Shown: positions 51,858-63,364, numbered from the stretch's first letter. The stretch is 64,000 nucleotides of DNA from Candidatus Krumholzibacteriia bacterium (GCA_041484665.1 JBGPIA010000002.1:96001-160000), one strand, 5' to 3'. Program-made: numbers and translations. The notes: a model not told the origin generated them from the letters alone.

Positions 51858-51970
51858 GGGTGTCTCCTGGCTGGCGAGGGGGCACGCTCGCCCCCGGTTC
51901 CACCGATCCCGGGGTCGCCGCGGAGCGCCCCGGACGCGCGTCTGCCCGCAGCCGCAGGCTACGGGCAGGG

Positions 51971-52005
51971 TTGTCAAGCTAGCAACCCCCCCGCTAGGTT
52001 GTCAA
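51971..52005. promoter_or_regulatory. Overlapping divergent sigma70 promoters for rpsT and uvrC
   Basis: Minus strand: TTGACA(52005-52000)-18-TAGCTT with extended TG. Plus strand: TTGTCA(51971)-18-TAGGTT(51995). Confidence 0.6.
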
Positions 52006-52008
52006 GCC

Positions 52009-53853
52009 ATGGACGACGACCACCCGCTCCGGGACAAGCTCCGCCTGCTGCCGCCCGTCCCTGGCGTCTACCTGATGAAGGACCGGCGCGGCAAGGTGAT
52101 CTACGTGGGCAAGGCCGCACGCCTCAGCCAGCGGGTGCGCAGCTATTTCGCCCCGCCGCAGGGGCTCGACCCCAAGACGGCCAGCCTCGCCACCCACATC
52201 GCCGACTTCGACTACGTCGTCACGGGCAGCGAACGCGAGGCGCTGCTGCTGGAGAGCCAGTTCGTCAAGGAGTACAAGCCGCGCTACAACATCCGCCTGA
52301 AGGATGACAAGCGCTACCCCTGGCTGCGCCTGACGTTGCACGAGCCCTATCCGCGCGTCGAGATCGTGCGCCAGGCCCGCGACGACCAGGACGAGTACTT
52401 CGGACCCTTCACGGACAGCAAGGCGCTGCGCCTGGCGCTGAAGACCCTCACCAGCATCTTTCCCGTGCGTACCTGCACCCTCGACCTGCCCGGTGAGCGC
52501 GTGCCACGTCCCTGCCTGGACTACTACATCCACCGCTGCTGCGCGCCGTGCGTGGACTACGTCACGCGGGTGGAGTACGCCGAGGTCGTAGAGCGGGTGC
52601 GCCTGTTCCTGCAAGGGCACAGCCGGGAGCTGCTGATGACGCTGCAGGAGCGCATGGAGGCCCACGCGTCGGCGCTGCGCTTCGAGGACGCTGGCCGTGT
52701 GCGCGACACCATCCGCGCCGTGCGCAAGGTCGTGGAGCGCCAGGAGGTGGTGCTGCCGCCGGGCAGCGACGTGGACGTGCTCGGGCTCACGCGGGAGGGG
52801 CGGGAGGCGTGCGGCGTCGTGCTGCGCGTGCGCGACGGCAAGCTGGTGCAAACCGAGCGCTACCTGTTCGGCGCGAGCCTGCAGGAGGACGCCGGCGCGT
52901 ACTTCGAGCGGTTCTGTGCCGAGGTGTTCGGCCAGCAGCGCGGTGGCGGCCGCGCGGTGCTCCTCAGCCACGCGCTGGCCGATCAGCCGCAGTGGGAGGA
53001 GGTCCTGTCCGCGCGGCGCGGGCAGCGCGTGACCCTGCGCGTGCCCCGGCGCGGGGCGGGGCTGCGGCTGACCGAGATGGCCGTGACCAACGCGCGCTTC
53101 AAGCTGCGCGAGCGCCAGGCCAAAGGCGCCCCGGGGCAGGCGGCGCGCAACGTGGACGTTCCCGAGATCCTCGACCTCAAGCAGCGTCTGGGACTGCCGG
53201 TGGCGCCCCACTCCATCGAGTGCTTCGACATGAGCCATTTCCAGGGCGATCAGCGCGTGGGCGCGCTGGTGTATCTCCAGGGCGGCGCGCCGTTGAAGAG
53301 CCGCTACCGCCGCTTCCGCATCCGCCAGGTCGAGGGCATCGACGATTTCGCCATGATGCAGGAGGTGCTGGAGCGCTACTACAGCCGCCTGCGCGAGGAG
53401 GACCGCCTGCCCGCCGACCTGGTCCTGGTCGATGGCGGGGCGGGGCAGCTCGCCGTCGCCCTGCGCACGCTGCGGCGCTACGGCTTCATGGAAACTGCCT
53501 GCGTCGGCCTGGCCAAGCGCGAGGAGGAGCTCTACCTGCCCGGCCGCCCCGAGCCGCTGCGGCTGCCGCGCAGCAGTCCCGGTCTCAAGCTGCTGCAGCG
53601 CGCCCGCGACGAGGCCCATCGCTTCGCGGTGGGCTACCACCGGCGGTTGCGCGACCGCGAAACCGTGCGCTCGATCCTCGACGAGATCCCCGGGATCGGC
53701 GCCGCAAAGAAGCGCGCGCTGCTGCTGCGCTTCGGCTCCGCAGAGGCGGTCGGAAGTGCCACCATGGAGGCGCTGCTGGAGGTGGCCGGGGTCGGGGCCG
53801 GGGACGCCGAGCGCATCGCCGCCTTCTTCTTGGCCCGCCGCGAGGGACCGTGA
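52009..53853 (+). CDS. uvrC: Excinuclease ABC subunit C
   Basis: PGVYLMKD..VIYVGKA, PRYNIRLKDDKRYP, IECFDMSH, DDFAMM, VDGG.GQ, RDEAHRFA, HhH repeats. Confidence 0.97.
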   Translation: MDDDHPLRDKLRLLPPVPGVYLMKDRRGKVIYVGKAARLSQRVRSYFAPPQGLDPKTASLATHIADFDYVVTGSEREALLLESQFVKEYKPRYNIRLKDDKRYPWLRLTLHEPYPRVEIVRQARDDQDEYFGPFTDSKALRLALKTLTSIFPVRTCTLDLPGERVPRPCLDYYIHRCCAPCVDYVTRVEYAEVVERVRLFLQGHSRELLMTLQERMEAHASALRFEDAGRVRDTIRAVRKVVERQEVVLPPGSDVDVLGLTREGREACGVVLRVRDGKLVQTERYLFGASLQEDAGAYFERFCAEVFGQQRGGGRAVLLSHALADQPQWEEVLSARRGQRVTLRVPRRGAGLRLTEMAVTNARFKLRERQAKGAPGQAARNVDVPEILDLKQRLGLPVAPHSIECFDMSHFQGDQRVGALVYLQGGAPLKSRYRRFRIRQVEGIDDFAMMQEVLERYYSRLREEDRLPADLVLVDGGAGQLAVALRTLRRYGFMETACVGLAKREEELYLPGRPEPLRLPRSSPGLKLLQRARDEAHRFAVGYHRRLRDRETVRSILDEIPGIGAAKKRALLLRFGSAEAVGSATMEALLEVAGVGAGDAERIAAFFLARREGP

Positions 53854-54821
53854 GCAGCGCGCACCTGGCGGACGTCGCAGGGGACAGCCCGCTGCACCGG
53901 GCCACCGATGCGTTCCTGCTCGGGCTGGACGTGGAGCGCGGCGCTGCCACCAACACGTTGGAGGCGTACGGGCGCGACCTCCGCCAGTATCTGTCGTGGC
54001 TGCTGGCAGCGGGCGTGACCGACCCCGCCGCCGTGACGCGCGAGCACGTGCGGAGCTTCCTGCTGCAGCGCGCCCAGGAGGGGCTCTCGGCGCGCAGCCG
54101 CGCACGCCTGCTCTCCACCTTGCGGGGGCTCCACCGCTACTGCTGCGAGGTGGGCGCGGCGGTCGCGGATCCTTGCGAAGGGTTGCGCGCGCCGCGCCTG
54201 CCGCGCACGCTGCCGCACGCGCTGGACCCAGCCGCGGTGGAGCGCCTGTTGCAAGCCCCAGACGCAAGGCGGCCGCTGGGCGTGCGCGATCGCGCCCTGC
54301 TCGAGCTGGCCTACGCGTGCGGTCTGCGCGCCAGCGAACTGTGCGGGCTACCGCTGGCGGCGCTGGACCCCTCGCAACGCCTGCTGCGCGTACGGGGCAA
54401 GGGCAGCAAGGAGCGCCTCGTGCCGGTGGGCGAGCCCGCGCTTGCGGCCGTCGCGCTGTACCTCGACTCCGTCCGGCCGCGGCTGGCGCGTGGCCGGGCT
54501 TGCGACCGCATCTTCCTCAACGTCCGGGGCGGGCCACTCAGCCGCGTGGGGCTGTGGAAGCTCCTGTGCAAGCACGCGGCGGCCTGCGGGCTGCGCGGAC
54601 GCGTAACGCCGCACACGCTGCGCCACTCGTTCGCGACGCATCTCGTGCTGGGCGGAGCCGACCTGCGGGCCGTGCAGGAGCTGCTTGGACACGCCGACAT
54701 CCGGACCACGGAGATCTATACGCACCTCGATCGGGAGTTCCTCCGCGAGCAGCACCGCCGCTTCCACCCGCGCGCCGGAAGTGGGAGCGGCGCGGGCACA
54801 TCGCCGCGCGCGGCCGGTTGA
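53850..54821 (+). CDS. xerD: Tyrosine recombinase XerD
   Basis: [72 protein letters not shown]. Confidence 0.9.
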   Translation: MSSAHLADVAGDSPLHRATDAFLLGLDVERGAATNTLEAYGRDLRQYLSWLLAAGVTDPAAVTREHVRSFLLQRAQEGLSARSRARLLSTLRGLHRYCCEVGAAVADPCEGLRAPRLPRTLPHALDPAAVERLLQAPDARRPLGVRDRALLELAYACGLRASELCGLPLAALDPSQRLLRVRGKGSKERLVPVGEPALAAVALYLDSVRPRLARGRACDRIFLNVRGGPLSRVGLWKLLCKHAAACGLRGRVTPHTLRHSFATHLVLGGADLRAVQELLGHADIRTTEIYTHLDREFLREQHRRFHPRAGSGSGAGTSPRAAG

Positions 54822-54847
54822 CACTTCTGCGACGGCTCTGCTACGTT
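54818..54847 (+). promoter_or_regulatory. Sigma70-like promoter of scpAB
   Basis: TTGACA-18 nt-TACGTT with an extended TG. Confidence 0.55.
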
Positions 54848-54933
54848 GCGGCCGCCCGCGCGCTTTGCCCCACCGCGCGCGGCCCCGCGCGTTCGCTTTG
54901 CCCCATGACTGGCAGGCCCCCCGAGGTCGCCCC

Positions 54934-55893
54934 ATGATCCTATCCAGCGAAGAGCCGGTGCCCCGCGAGGGCGCGTTCCCGTCCGCCACGGCACCACAGC
55001 GGCAGGATGACGGGGCGCCCGGAGACGGCTACGTCGTCCACCTCGACCGCTTCGCCGGGCCGCTGGATCTGCTGCTGTACCTGATCCAGCGCGACGAGAT
55101 CGACATCTACGACATCCCCATCGCCCACATCACGAAGCAGTACCTGGCATTCCTCGAGGTGATCGACGTCTTCAGCCTCGACAATGCGGGAGAGTTCCTG
55201 GTGATGGCGGCGACCCTCATGCGCATCAAAGTGCGCATGCTGCTCCCCATCCAGCGGCCCGCCGAGGACGACGAGGAAGGGGACCCGCGCGACGAGCTGG
55301 TGCGCCGCCTGCTGGAGTACAAAAAGTACAAAGAGGCCGCCGAACAGCTCTCCCAGGCCGAGGACCGCCGGCGCGACTACTATCGCCGCGGGCTGGAATT
55401 CCCATTCCTGGACCAGAACGAGGAGCCGGCCGAGCTCACGCTGTCGATGTTCGATCTGCTGAGCGCGGTCAAGGACATCTTCGAGCAGCTCAAGGGCGAC
55501 CACCGCCACCACGTCTTCCAGGAGGTCTTCACCGTCGAGGAGCAGGCGGCGAAGATCCTGGCCTCCCTGGACGGGCGCGAGGCGGTGCGTTTCCGGGAGA
55601 TCTTCGCCGGGCTGCCCGTGAAGATGGCGGTGGTGGTGACGTTCGTGGCCATGCTCGAGCTCATGAAGCAGGGCCGCCTGCACGCGCGCCAGCTGTGTCC
55701 GTATGGCGAGATCTGGATCGTGCCGGCGGGCGCCGACGTCGTGGAGGCCACCGTGGCCGCCGTCGCTGCCAGCGCCCCCGTCGAGGCGGTGACAGTGTTG
55801 GCCGGCCCCGCTGCGGACGCGCCACCGGACACTGCGCCGGACCCGGTCCCGGAAGCGGCGCTGGCGGCGCAGGGAGGGGCTCATGCGGCGTGA
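54934..55893 (+). CDS. scpA: Segregation and condensation protein A
   Basis: FAGPLDLLLYLI..EIDIYDIPI, EFLVMAATL, DPRDELVRRLLEYKKYK, VVTFVAMLEL. Confidence 0.95.
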   Translation: MILSSEEPVPREGAFPSATAPQRQDDGAPGDGYVVHLDRFAGPLDLLLYLIQRDEIDIYDIPIAHITKQYLAFLEVIDVFSLDNAGEFLVMAATLMRIKVRMLLPIQRPAEDDEEGDPRDELVRRLLEYKKYKEAAEQLSQAEDRRRDYYRRGLEFPFLDQNEEPAELTLSMFDLLSAVKDIFEQLKGDHRHHVFQEVFTVEEQAAKILASLDGREAVRFREIFAGLPVKMAVVVTFVAMLELMKQGRLHARQLCPYGEIWIVPAGADVVEATVAAVAASAPVEAVTVLAGPAADAPPDTAPDPVPEAALAAQGGAHAA

Positions 55894-56656
55894 CGTGGAG
55901 GCGGTGCTGTTCGCCTCCGATCAGCCGCTTTCGCTGGTGCGGCTGGCGGCGATCTTTCCCGAGGTGGATCGCGCGGCGCTGCGCGCGGCCATCGAGGAGT
56001 TGCGCGCCGAATATGACCGCGCTGAGCGCGCGTTCACGATCGTGGAGTTCGGCGGCGGCTACTCGGTCTGCACGCGTCCGGAGCACGCCGCCGTCGTGCG
56101 GCGACTCTACCGCGGCCGCACCAAGGTGCGCCTCAGCCGCGCGGCGCTGGAGTGTCTGGCGATCGCGGCCTACAAACAGCCGGTGACCCGTCTGGAGATC
56201 GAGGAGATCCGCGGCGTGTCGGTGGTCGGGGTGCTCGGCACGTTGCTGGAACGCGACCTGGTGACGATCGTAGGGCGTGCCCAGGGGCTGGGCCATCCGC
56301 TGCTGTACGGTACCACGCGCAGTTTCCTGGACTACCTGGGATTGAAAGCGCTCGAGGAGCTCCCGCAGCTGGCCGAGCTGGAGGACCTGCTGGCGCGCCG
56401 CGAGGAGCTCAAGCAGCTCGCCGCACGTTACGGAACCGAGCTGGGCGACGAGGAGCTCGACGAGTTCGCCGCGGCGGACGGCGCACAGGAGGCCACCGCC
56501 CCGGAGGCGGAGCCGATGGGCTCGCCCACGGCGGAGCCGCCGGACGCAGGCGGGCGGGAGGCGCCCGATGCCCTGGTCGTGCCGGACCCATCCGACGCGT
56601 CGGACGCGCCCGCGGCCGCCCGGGCGCAGCAAGCCGCGGCGGGCGGTGCGGATTAA
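55883..56656 (+). CDS. scpB: Segregation and condensation protein B
   Basis: EAVLFAS, LSRAALECLAIAAYKQPVTRLEIEEIRGV, LYGTT..FLDYLGL. Confidence 0.95.
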   Translation: MRRDVEAVLFASDQPLSLVRLAAIFPEVDRAALRAAIEELRAEYDRAERAFTIVEFGGGYSVCTRPEHAAVVRRLYRGRTKVRLSRAALECLAIAAYKQPVTRLEIEEIRGVSVVGVLGTLLERDLVTIVGRAQGLGHPLLYGTTRSFLDYLGLKALEELPQLAELEDLLARREELKQLAARYGTELGDEELDEFAAADGAQEATAPEAEPMGSPTAEPPDAGGREAPDALVVPDPSDASDAPAAARAQQAAAGGAD

Positions 56657-57446
56657 CCGCTTCCTTTCCCAGGCGGGCCTGGGATCGCGCCGCGCCGTCG
56701 AGGCGCTGGTGCGCGACGGTCGGGTGCGGGTGAACGGGCGCACCGTGACCGGGCTCTCCGTGCAGATCGATCCGCAGCAGGATCGCGTCGACGTGGACGG
56801 CGAGCGCGCCGTGGCGGCCCCGCCCGGGCGGCTGTTCGCCCTGCACAAGCCGTTGGGGATCGTGAGCAGCTTCCGCGCCCAGGGCGACAGCGGCAGCCTC
56901 GCCGACCTGCTGCCCCGCGCACTGCGCCACGGGCGGCTCTTCCACGTCGGACTCCTGGAACGCGACAGCAGCGGGCTGCTCCTGTTGACCGACGACGGCG
57001 AGCTCGCGCAGCTGGTGCTCCACCCGGCGCACCCGGTCTGGAAGGAGTACGACGTCAACGTGGATCGCGCTCTGGGCAAGACGGAGCTCGCCGCGCTGGA
57101 GCGGGCGCGGATCGTGCTCGACGGCCGGCCTTGCGGGCCGGTGCGCGTGCAGCCCGGGCGCGGCCTCGGCGGGACCGCCTACCGACTCTGGCTGCGGGGG
57201 GGCCGCAATCGCCAGATCCACCGCATGCTCGAGGCGCTGGGACGCCGCGTGCAGCGCCTGCATCGCGTCGCTATCGGGCCGCTGCGGCTGGGGAGCCTGC
57301 CGCCCGGGGCGCTGCGCGCCGTCACGCCAAACGAGCGCGACGCGCTGGTGGCAGCAGCGCGCGCCCCCGAGCCGCAGCACGCGCGACGGAGCGCTGCGCG
57401 GCCGTCGGGCCACTCCCGCGCTCCGGGGGGCCCGCGGCGCGATTGA
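56646..57446 (+). CDS. rluB: RsuA/RluB-family pseudouridine synthase homolog with the catalytic motif altered (GLLE)
   Basis: S4 domain RINRFLSQAGLGSRR, HKPLG, SGLLLLTDDGEL, HP..KEY, GRNRQI, LHRVAIGPL; scpAB synteny. Confidence 0.85.
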   Translation: MRINRFLSQAGLGSRRAVEALVRDGRVRVNGRTVTGLSVQIDPQQDRVDVDGERAVAAPPGRLFALHKPLGIVSSFRAQGDSGSLADLLPRALRHGRLFHVGLLERDSSGLLLLTDDGELAQLVLHPAHPVWKEYDVNVDRALGKTELAALERARIVLDGRPCGPVRVQPGRGLGGTAYRLWLRGGRNRQIHRMLEALGRRVQRLHRVAIGPLRLGSLPPGALRAVTPNERDALVAAARAPEPQHARRSAARPSGHSRAPGGPRRD

Positions 57447-57472
57447 CGCGCCCCGGCGCGGGCGACTAGGTT
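57443..57472 (+). promoter_or_regulatory. Sigma70-like promoter of hisC-aroA-cmk
   Basis: TTGACG-18 nt-TAGGTT. Confidence 0.5.
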
Positions 57473-57502
57473 TGACCGAGCACCCACGGCAGAAAGCGCG
57501 CC

Positions 57503-58621
57503 ATGGCCGACTTCGAGCACCTCGTCCGCGCCTCCATCAAGTCGCTCACCCCATACCAGGCGGGCAAGCCCATCGAGGAGGTACAGCGCGAGCTGGGGCT
57601 GGCGCACGTGGTCAAGCTGGCGAGCAACGAGTACCCCGAGGGGCCGTTCCCCGAGGTGCTGGCGGCCCTGGCCGCGGAGCTGCCGCGGCTGAATCGCTAC
57701 CCCGACTCGGCCGGCTACGAGCTGACGCATGCGGTCTCCGAGGCGCTGGGCCTCCCGGTCCGCGAGTTGTTCTTCGGCAACGGCAACAACGAGATCCTCG
57801 AGCTGCTCGTGCACTTGCTGGTCGAGCCGGGCAGCCAGGCCGTCTACGCGCATCCCAGCTTCCCGATCTACGGGCTGATCTGCCGGAGCCACTTCGACTG
57901 CGGCGTAAGCGTGCCGTGCCGCCCCGACTACGTCCACGACCTGCCGGCGATGGCGGCGGCGGTGACCGAGCGCACGCGGCTAGTGTTCATCTGCAATCCG
58001 AACAACCCGACCGGCACCTACGTCACGCGCAGCGAGCTGGTCCACTTCCTGGAGCGGATCCCCGCACAGGTCGTGGTCGCCCTGGACGAGGCGTACATGG
58101 AGTTCGCCGTCGCCGACGATTTCCCCGACTTCTTCGAGTTGCGCGGGCGGTTCCCCAATCTCGCCTCGTTGCGCACCTTCTCCAAGGCCTACAGCCTGGC
58201 CGGTCTGCGCCTGGGCTATCTCATCGGCGACGAGCGGCTCGTGAACCTGCTGCACCGCGTGCGTCAACCCTTCAACGTCAACCGCCTCAGCCAGGTGGCC
58301 GCTGTTACGGCGGTGCGCCACAAGGAGCGCGTGGCGGAGCGGCGCCGGCTCAACCGAACGCGCTTGGAGCGGCTGGCGCGCGCGATGGAGCTTCTGGGTT
58401 GTACCGTCCTCCCCTCGCAGGCGAACTTCCTGCTGGCGTTCTCCCCACGCCCCGTGCCCGAGCTCTTCCAGCGGCTGCTGCGCGAAGGCGTGATCGTGCG
58501 CCCGACCGAACCGTTCGGGATGCCCCCGGGCTCCTTCCGCGTGAGCGTCGGCAGCGACGAGGAGAACGCCCGATTCCTCGCGGCGCTGGAGAAAGTGCTC
58601 GCGCTGGAGGGTGCCGTTTGA
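57503..58621 (+). CDS. hisC: Histidinol-phosphate/aromatic aminotransferase
   Basis: YQAGKP, KLASNE, RYPD, CNPNNPTG, DEAY, RTFSKAYSLAGLRLGY. Confidence 0.95.
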   Translation: MADFEHLVRASIKSLTPYQAGKPIEEVQRELGLAHVVKLASNEYPEGPFPEVLAALAAELPRLNRYPDSAGYELTHAVSEALGLPVRELFFGNGNNEILELLVHLLVEPGSQAVYAHPSFPIYGLICRSHFDCGVSVPCRPDYVHDLPAMAAAVTERTRLVFICNPNNPTGTYVTRSELVHFLERIPAQVVVALDEAYMEFAVADDFPDFFELRGRFPNLASLRTFSKAYSLAGLRLGYLIGDERLVNLLHRVRQPFNVNRLSQVAAVTAVRHKERVAERRRLNRTRLERLARAMELLGCTVLPSQANFLLAFSPRPVPELFQRLLREGVIVRPTEPFGMPPGSFRVSVGSDEENARFLAALEKVLALEGAV

Positions 58622-59979
58622 GCCTCGGTCCCCCCGCAACCGCGCGCCGGGAGCCGCAGCCCTGGGTGCTCCGACGGCCCGGCGCACTGCGGGGCACGGT
58701 GCGCGTCCCAGGGGACAAGTCGATCAGTCACCGCGCGCTGCTGTTGCACGCCTTGGCTGTGGGTGAGGCGCGTATCGCCGGCCTCAATGCGGGTGCCGAC
58801 GTGGCCGCCACTCGGTCAGCGCTGCGCGCGCTGGGTCTGGCCCTCCGTGACGAGAGCGGGACGGTGGTCGTGCAAGGGCGTGCCGGACGGCTCGCGCCCG
58901 CCCGCGCCGCCCTCGACTGCGCCAACTCGGGCACCACCCTGCGGCTCTTGGCGGGCTTGTTGGCCGCGCAGCCGTTCACCGCCACGCTCGACGGCGACGC
59001 GAGCCTGCGCCGCCGACCCATGGCGCGGATCACCGAGCCGCTGCGTGCGATGGGCGCGCAGGTGGATGGCCCGACCGGCGGCCGTACGCCGCCGTTGATC
59101 ATCACCGGCGGCGCGCTGCGCGCAGCGCGCTTCGAGTTGCCTGTGGCCTCGGCCCAGGTGAAGAGTTGCCTGCTGCTGGCTGCCGCTGCGGCCGGCGTCG
59201 GCGTGGAGGTCGTGGAGCCGCTGCCCTCGCGCGACCACACCGAGCGCATGCTGGCCGGCATGGGCGCGTCCCTCGCGCGCTCGCCCGACGGGCGGAGCGT
59301 CCGGCTGAGAACGGGACCGCCGTTGCGCGCACTCTCGCTCACGGTCCCGGGCGATCCGTCCAGCGCCGCGCTGCTGGCCGCGGCGGCGCTGTCCGTTCCG
59401 GGCAGCCGGGTGGCACTGCCGGGGATCGCCCTCAATCCGGGGCGCACGGGCTTCCTGGCTGTTCTGCGGCGGATGGGGGCCGCGATCGCGGTGGCGCCGG
59501 GACCCGATCAGGGCGGCGAGCCTACCGGCGATCTGATCGTGGAGGGCACAGGCGATTTGGCGGCCACCGACGTGCAGGGCGACGAGGTGCCAGCGTTGCT
59601 CGACGAGGTTCCAGCGTTGGCGGTCGTGTGCGCCTTCGCCACCGGCACGTCGCGCTTCCGCGCGGTCGGTGAGCTGCGCGTCAAGGAGTCGGACCGCCTG
59701 GCCGCCCTGCGCGAGCTGCTGGCGGCGTTTAGCATACGCGCCTGGGAGGAGGGGGACGATCTGGTCGTGGCGGGCGGCGCCCCCCAACCGCCGGCCGAGC
59801 TCCCCGCGAGCGACGACCACCGCATCGTCATGGCGGGGGTTGCACTCGCCCTGGGCGCGCTGGCACGCGCCGGCGACCTGGGGCGCACTTGCCGCTTGCC
59901 CGACGCGACCGCCGCCGCGGTGAGCTTCCCCGCGTTTCGTCCCAGCGTGGAGGCGTTGGCGAGCGACGGCCACGCCTGA
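58618..59979 (+). CDS. aroA: EPSP synthase
   Basis: PGDKSISHRA, NSGTTLRL, ASAQVKS, SRDHTERML, ELRVKESDR, DHRI; TTGA overlap with hisC; GGAGG SD. Confidence 0.95.
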   Translation: MSLGPPATARREPQPWVLRRPGALRGTVRVPGDKSISHRALLLHALAVGEARIAGLNAGADVAATRSALRALGLALRDESGTVVVQGRAGRLAPARAALDCANSGTTLRLLAGLLAAQPFTATLDGDASLRRRPMARITEPLRAMGAQVDGPTGGRTPPLIITGGALRAARFELPVASAQVKSCLLLAAAAAGVGVEVVEPLPSRDHTERMLAGMGASLARSPDGRSVRLRTGPPLRALSLTVPGDPSSAALLAAAALSVPGSRVALPGIALNPGRTGFLAVLRRMGAAIAVAPGPDQGGEPTGDLIVEGTGDLAATDVQGDEVPALLDEVPALAVVCAFATGTSRFRAVGELRVKESDRLAALRELLAAFSIRAWEEGDDLVVAGGAPQPPAELPASDDHRIVMAGVALALGALARAGDLGRTCRLPDATAAAVSFPAFRPSVEALASDGHA

Positions 59980-59998
59980 CGCCACCGCGCCTTTGGCC

Positions 59999-61354
59999 AT
60001 GCCCCCGCACCCCACACCGCCGCCCTTTTCGACGCTGCACGTTGCGATCGACGGACCGGCCGGCTCCGGAAAATCCACCGTGGCGGCACGGCTGGCCGAG
60101 CGGCTGCAGCTCCTCCACGTGGACACGGGCGCCATGTACCGGGCGTTGACGTTGGCCGCATTGCGCGCCGGCGCGCCGCTCGATGACGGCCCGCGCTTGG
60201 CGCGGCTGTTGGCGGACGCTCGGATCGGCCTGGAGGGCGGGCGCACCTACTGGAGCGGCCAGGACGTGGAGGCGGCGATCCGCGGCCCCGCAGTGACCGC
60301 GGCCGTCTCGCAGGTGAGCGCCCATCCGCAGGTGCGCCGGGTGATGGTGCAGCGGCAGCGCTGGCTGTGCTGGCAGGCGCCGCGGGGCGCGGTGCTCGAG
60401 GGGCGCGACATCGGGACGGTGGTGCTGCCGCTGGCCCAGTGCAAGATCTACCTCGACGCCGCGCCGCAGGAGCGCGCTCGACGTCGCGCGGCGCAGGCGG
60501 GGCTTCCCACCAGCGGCCCCGAGCTGGAGCGCCTGCAGGGCGACATCGAGCGGCGGGACGCCCTGGACAGCTCCCGCGCGGCGAGTCCCCTGCAGGTCGC
60601 GCCGGACGCCCACGTGGTGGACACCACACAGCTCGACCTCGCGGCGGTGATCCTGCGCTGCGTGGAGCTGGCGCGCGCGGCGCGGACGCCGCCCGCGCCG
60701 CGCGCCGCCATGGCCGGCTATCGTTACCGCCACGCCGGCTACGCGATCTGCCACCGCGTAATCGGGTCCGCCGTGCGCTTGTTGGTGGGAGCGAAGGTGG
60801 TGGGCCGCGATCTCCAGCAGGTGCCCGAGGGGCTCATCTACGCCTGCAACCACATCTCCTGGTTCGACCCTCCGGTGCTGGGAGCGTGCCTCGATCGCGA
60901 GGTGTGGTACCTCGCCAAGCAGGAGCTCTTCTCCGGCCTGCTGGGCTGGACCATCGCCCGCTTCAACGCCATCCCCATCGATCGCAGCCGCTACGATGCG
61001 AAGGCCTTCGAGCACGCGACCCGCGTGCTGGCGGAGGGTGGCAGCCTGGTCATCTTCCCCGAGGGCACGCGGCGCCCCGAGGGGCAGCCCGGCCCGATCC
61101 GGCGCGGGCTCGCCGTGCTGCTGCTGCGCAGCGAGCGGCCCTACGTGCCCTGCTACGTGCGCGGTACGCGGGCGCTGCCGGCCGCGATACTGCGCCGCCG
61201 TGGATTGGAAGTGTGGATGGGCCCGCCGGTCCGCCTGCACGCGCTGGCCCATCTGCGTGCACACTTGCCGGAGCCCGAACTCCACGCCCGCATCGGGGCG
61301 CTGTTCCTACAGCAACTGGAGGCCCTGGTCGACCTGGCCGAGGGCGAGCCCTGA
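59999..61354 (+). CDS. cmk: Fused cytidylate kinase / 1-acyl-glycerol-3-phosphate acyltransferase
   Basis: AIDGPAGSGKST, DTGAMYR, EGRDIGTVV, then NHISWFDPP, LAKQELF and FPEGTR in the same ORF. Confidence 0.9.
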   Translation: MPPHPTPPPFSTLHVAIDGPAGSGKSTVAARLAERLQLLHVDTGAMYRALTLAALRAGAPLDDGPRLARLLADARIGLEGGRTYWSGQDVEAAIRGPAVTAAVSQVSAHPQVRRVMVQRQRWLCWQAPRGAVLEGRDIGTVVLPLAQCKIYLDAAPQERARRRAAQAGLPTSGPELERLQGDIERRDALDSSRAASPLQVAPDAHVVDTTQLDLAAVILRCVELARAARTPPAPRAAMAGYRYRHAGYAICHRVIGSAVRLLVGAKVVGRDLQQVPEGLIYACNHISWFDPPVLGACLDREVWYLAKQELFSGLLGWTIARFNAIPIDRSRYDAKAFEHATRVLAEGGSLVIFPEGTRRPEGQPGPIRRGLAVLLLRSERPYVPCYVRGTRALPAAILRRRGLEVWMGPPVRLHALAHLRAHLPEPELHARIGALFLQQLEALVDLAEGEP

Positions 61355-61423
61355 GCCCTTGGCCGGTCGCCGCGCGGGGCGTGGAATGAAGGGCGGACCG
61401 GTGCGGTCCCGACCGGTCGGCCC

Positions 61424-61452
61424 TTGATCCCCCGAGGGACCGCACCTATACT
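61424..61452 (+). promoter_or_regulatory. Sigma70-like promoter of rpsA
   Basis: TTGATC-17 nt-TATACT. Confidence 0.6.
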
Positions 61453-61504
61453 GGTCGACTGCCCCTCTTGGGGCCAATCCAAGGAGAAGGAGCGTGTTTT
61501 CCGC

Positions 61505-63364
<1,860 letters not shown>

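Noticed and set aside
42747..54821. Two tyrosine recombinases as possible integrases of a mobile element
   Set aside because: Both match XerC/XerD in standard housekeeping synteny; no att repeats, tRNA target, cargo genes or dif-like site seen.
54905..54937. 10-codon uORF MTGRPPEVAP overlapping the scpA ATG
   Set aside because: Not at the predicted TSS, and scpA has its own GAGGT SD; likely chance.
57472..58617. Apparent 835-aa AroA; likewise the 757-aa XerD ORF
   Set aside because: The extensions are alternate frames over hisC and uvrC; the true starts are at the TTGA and GTGA overlaps.
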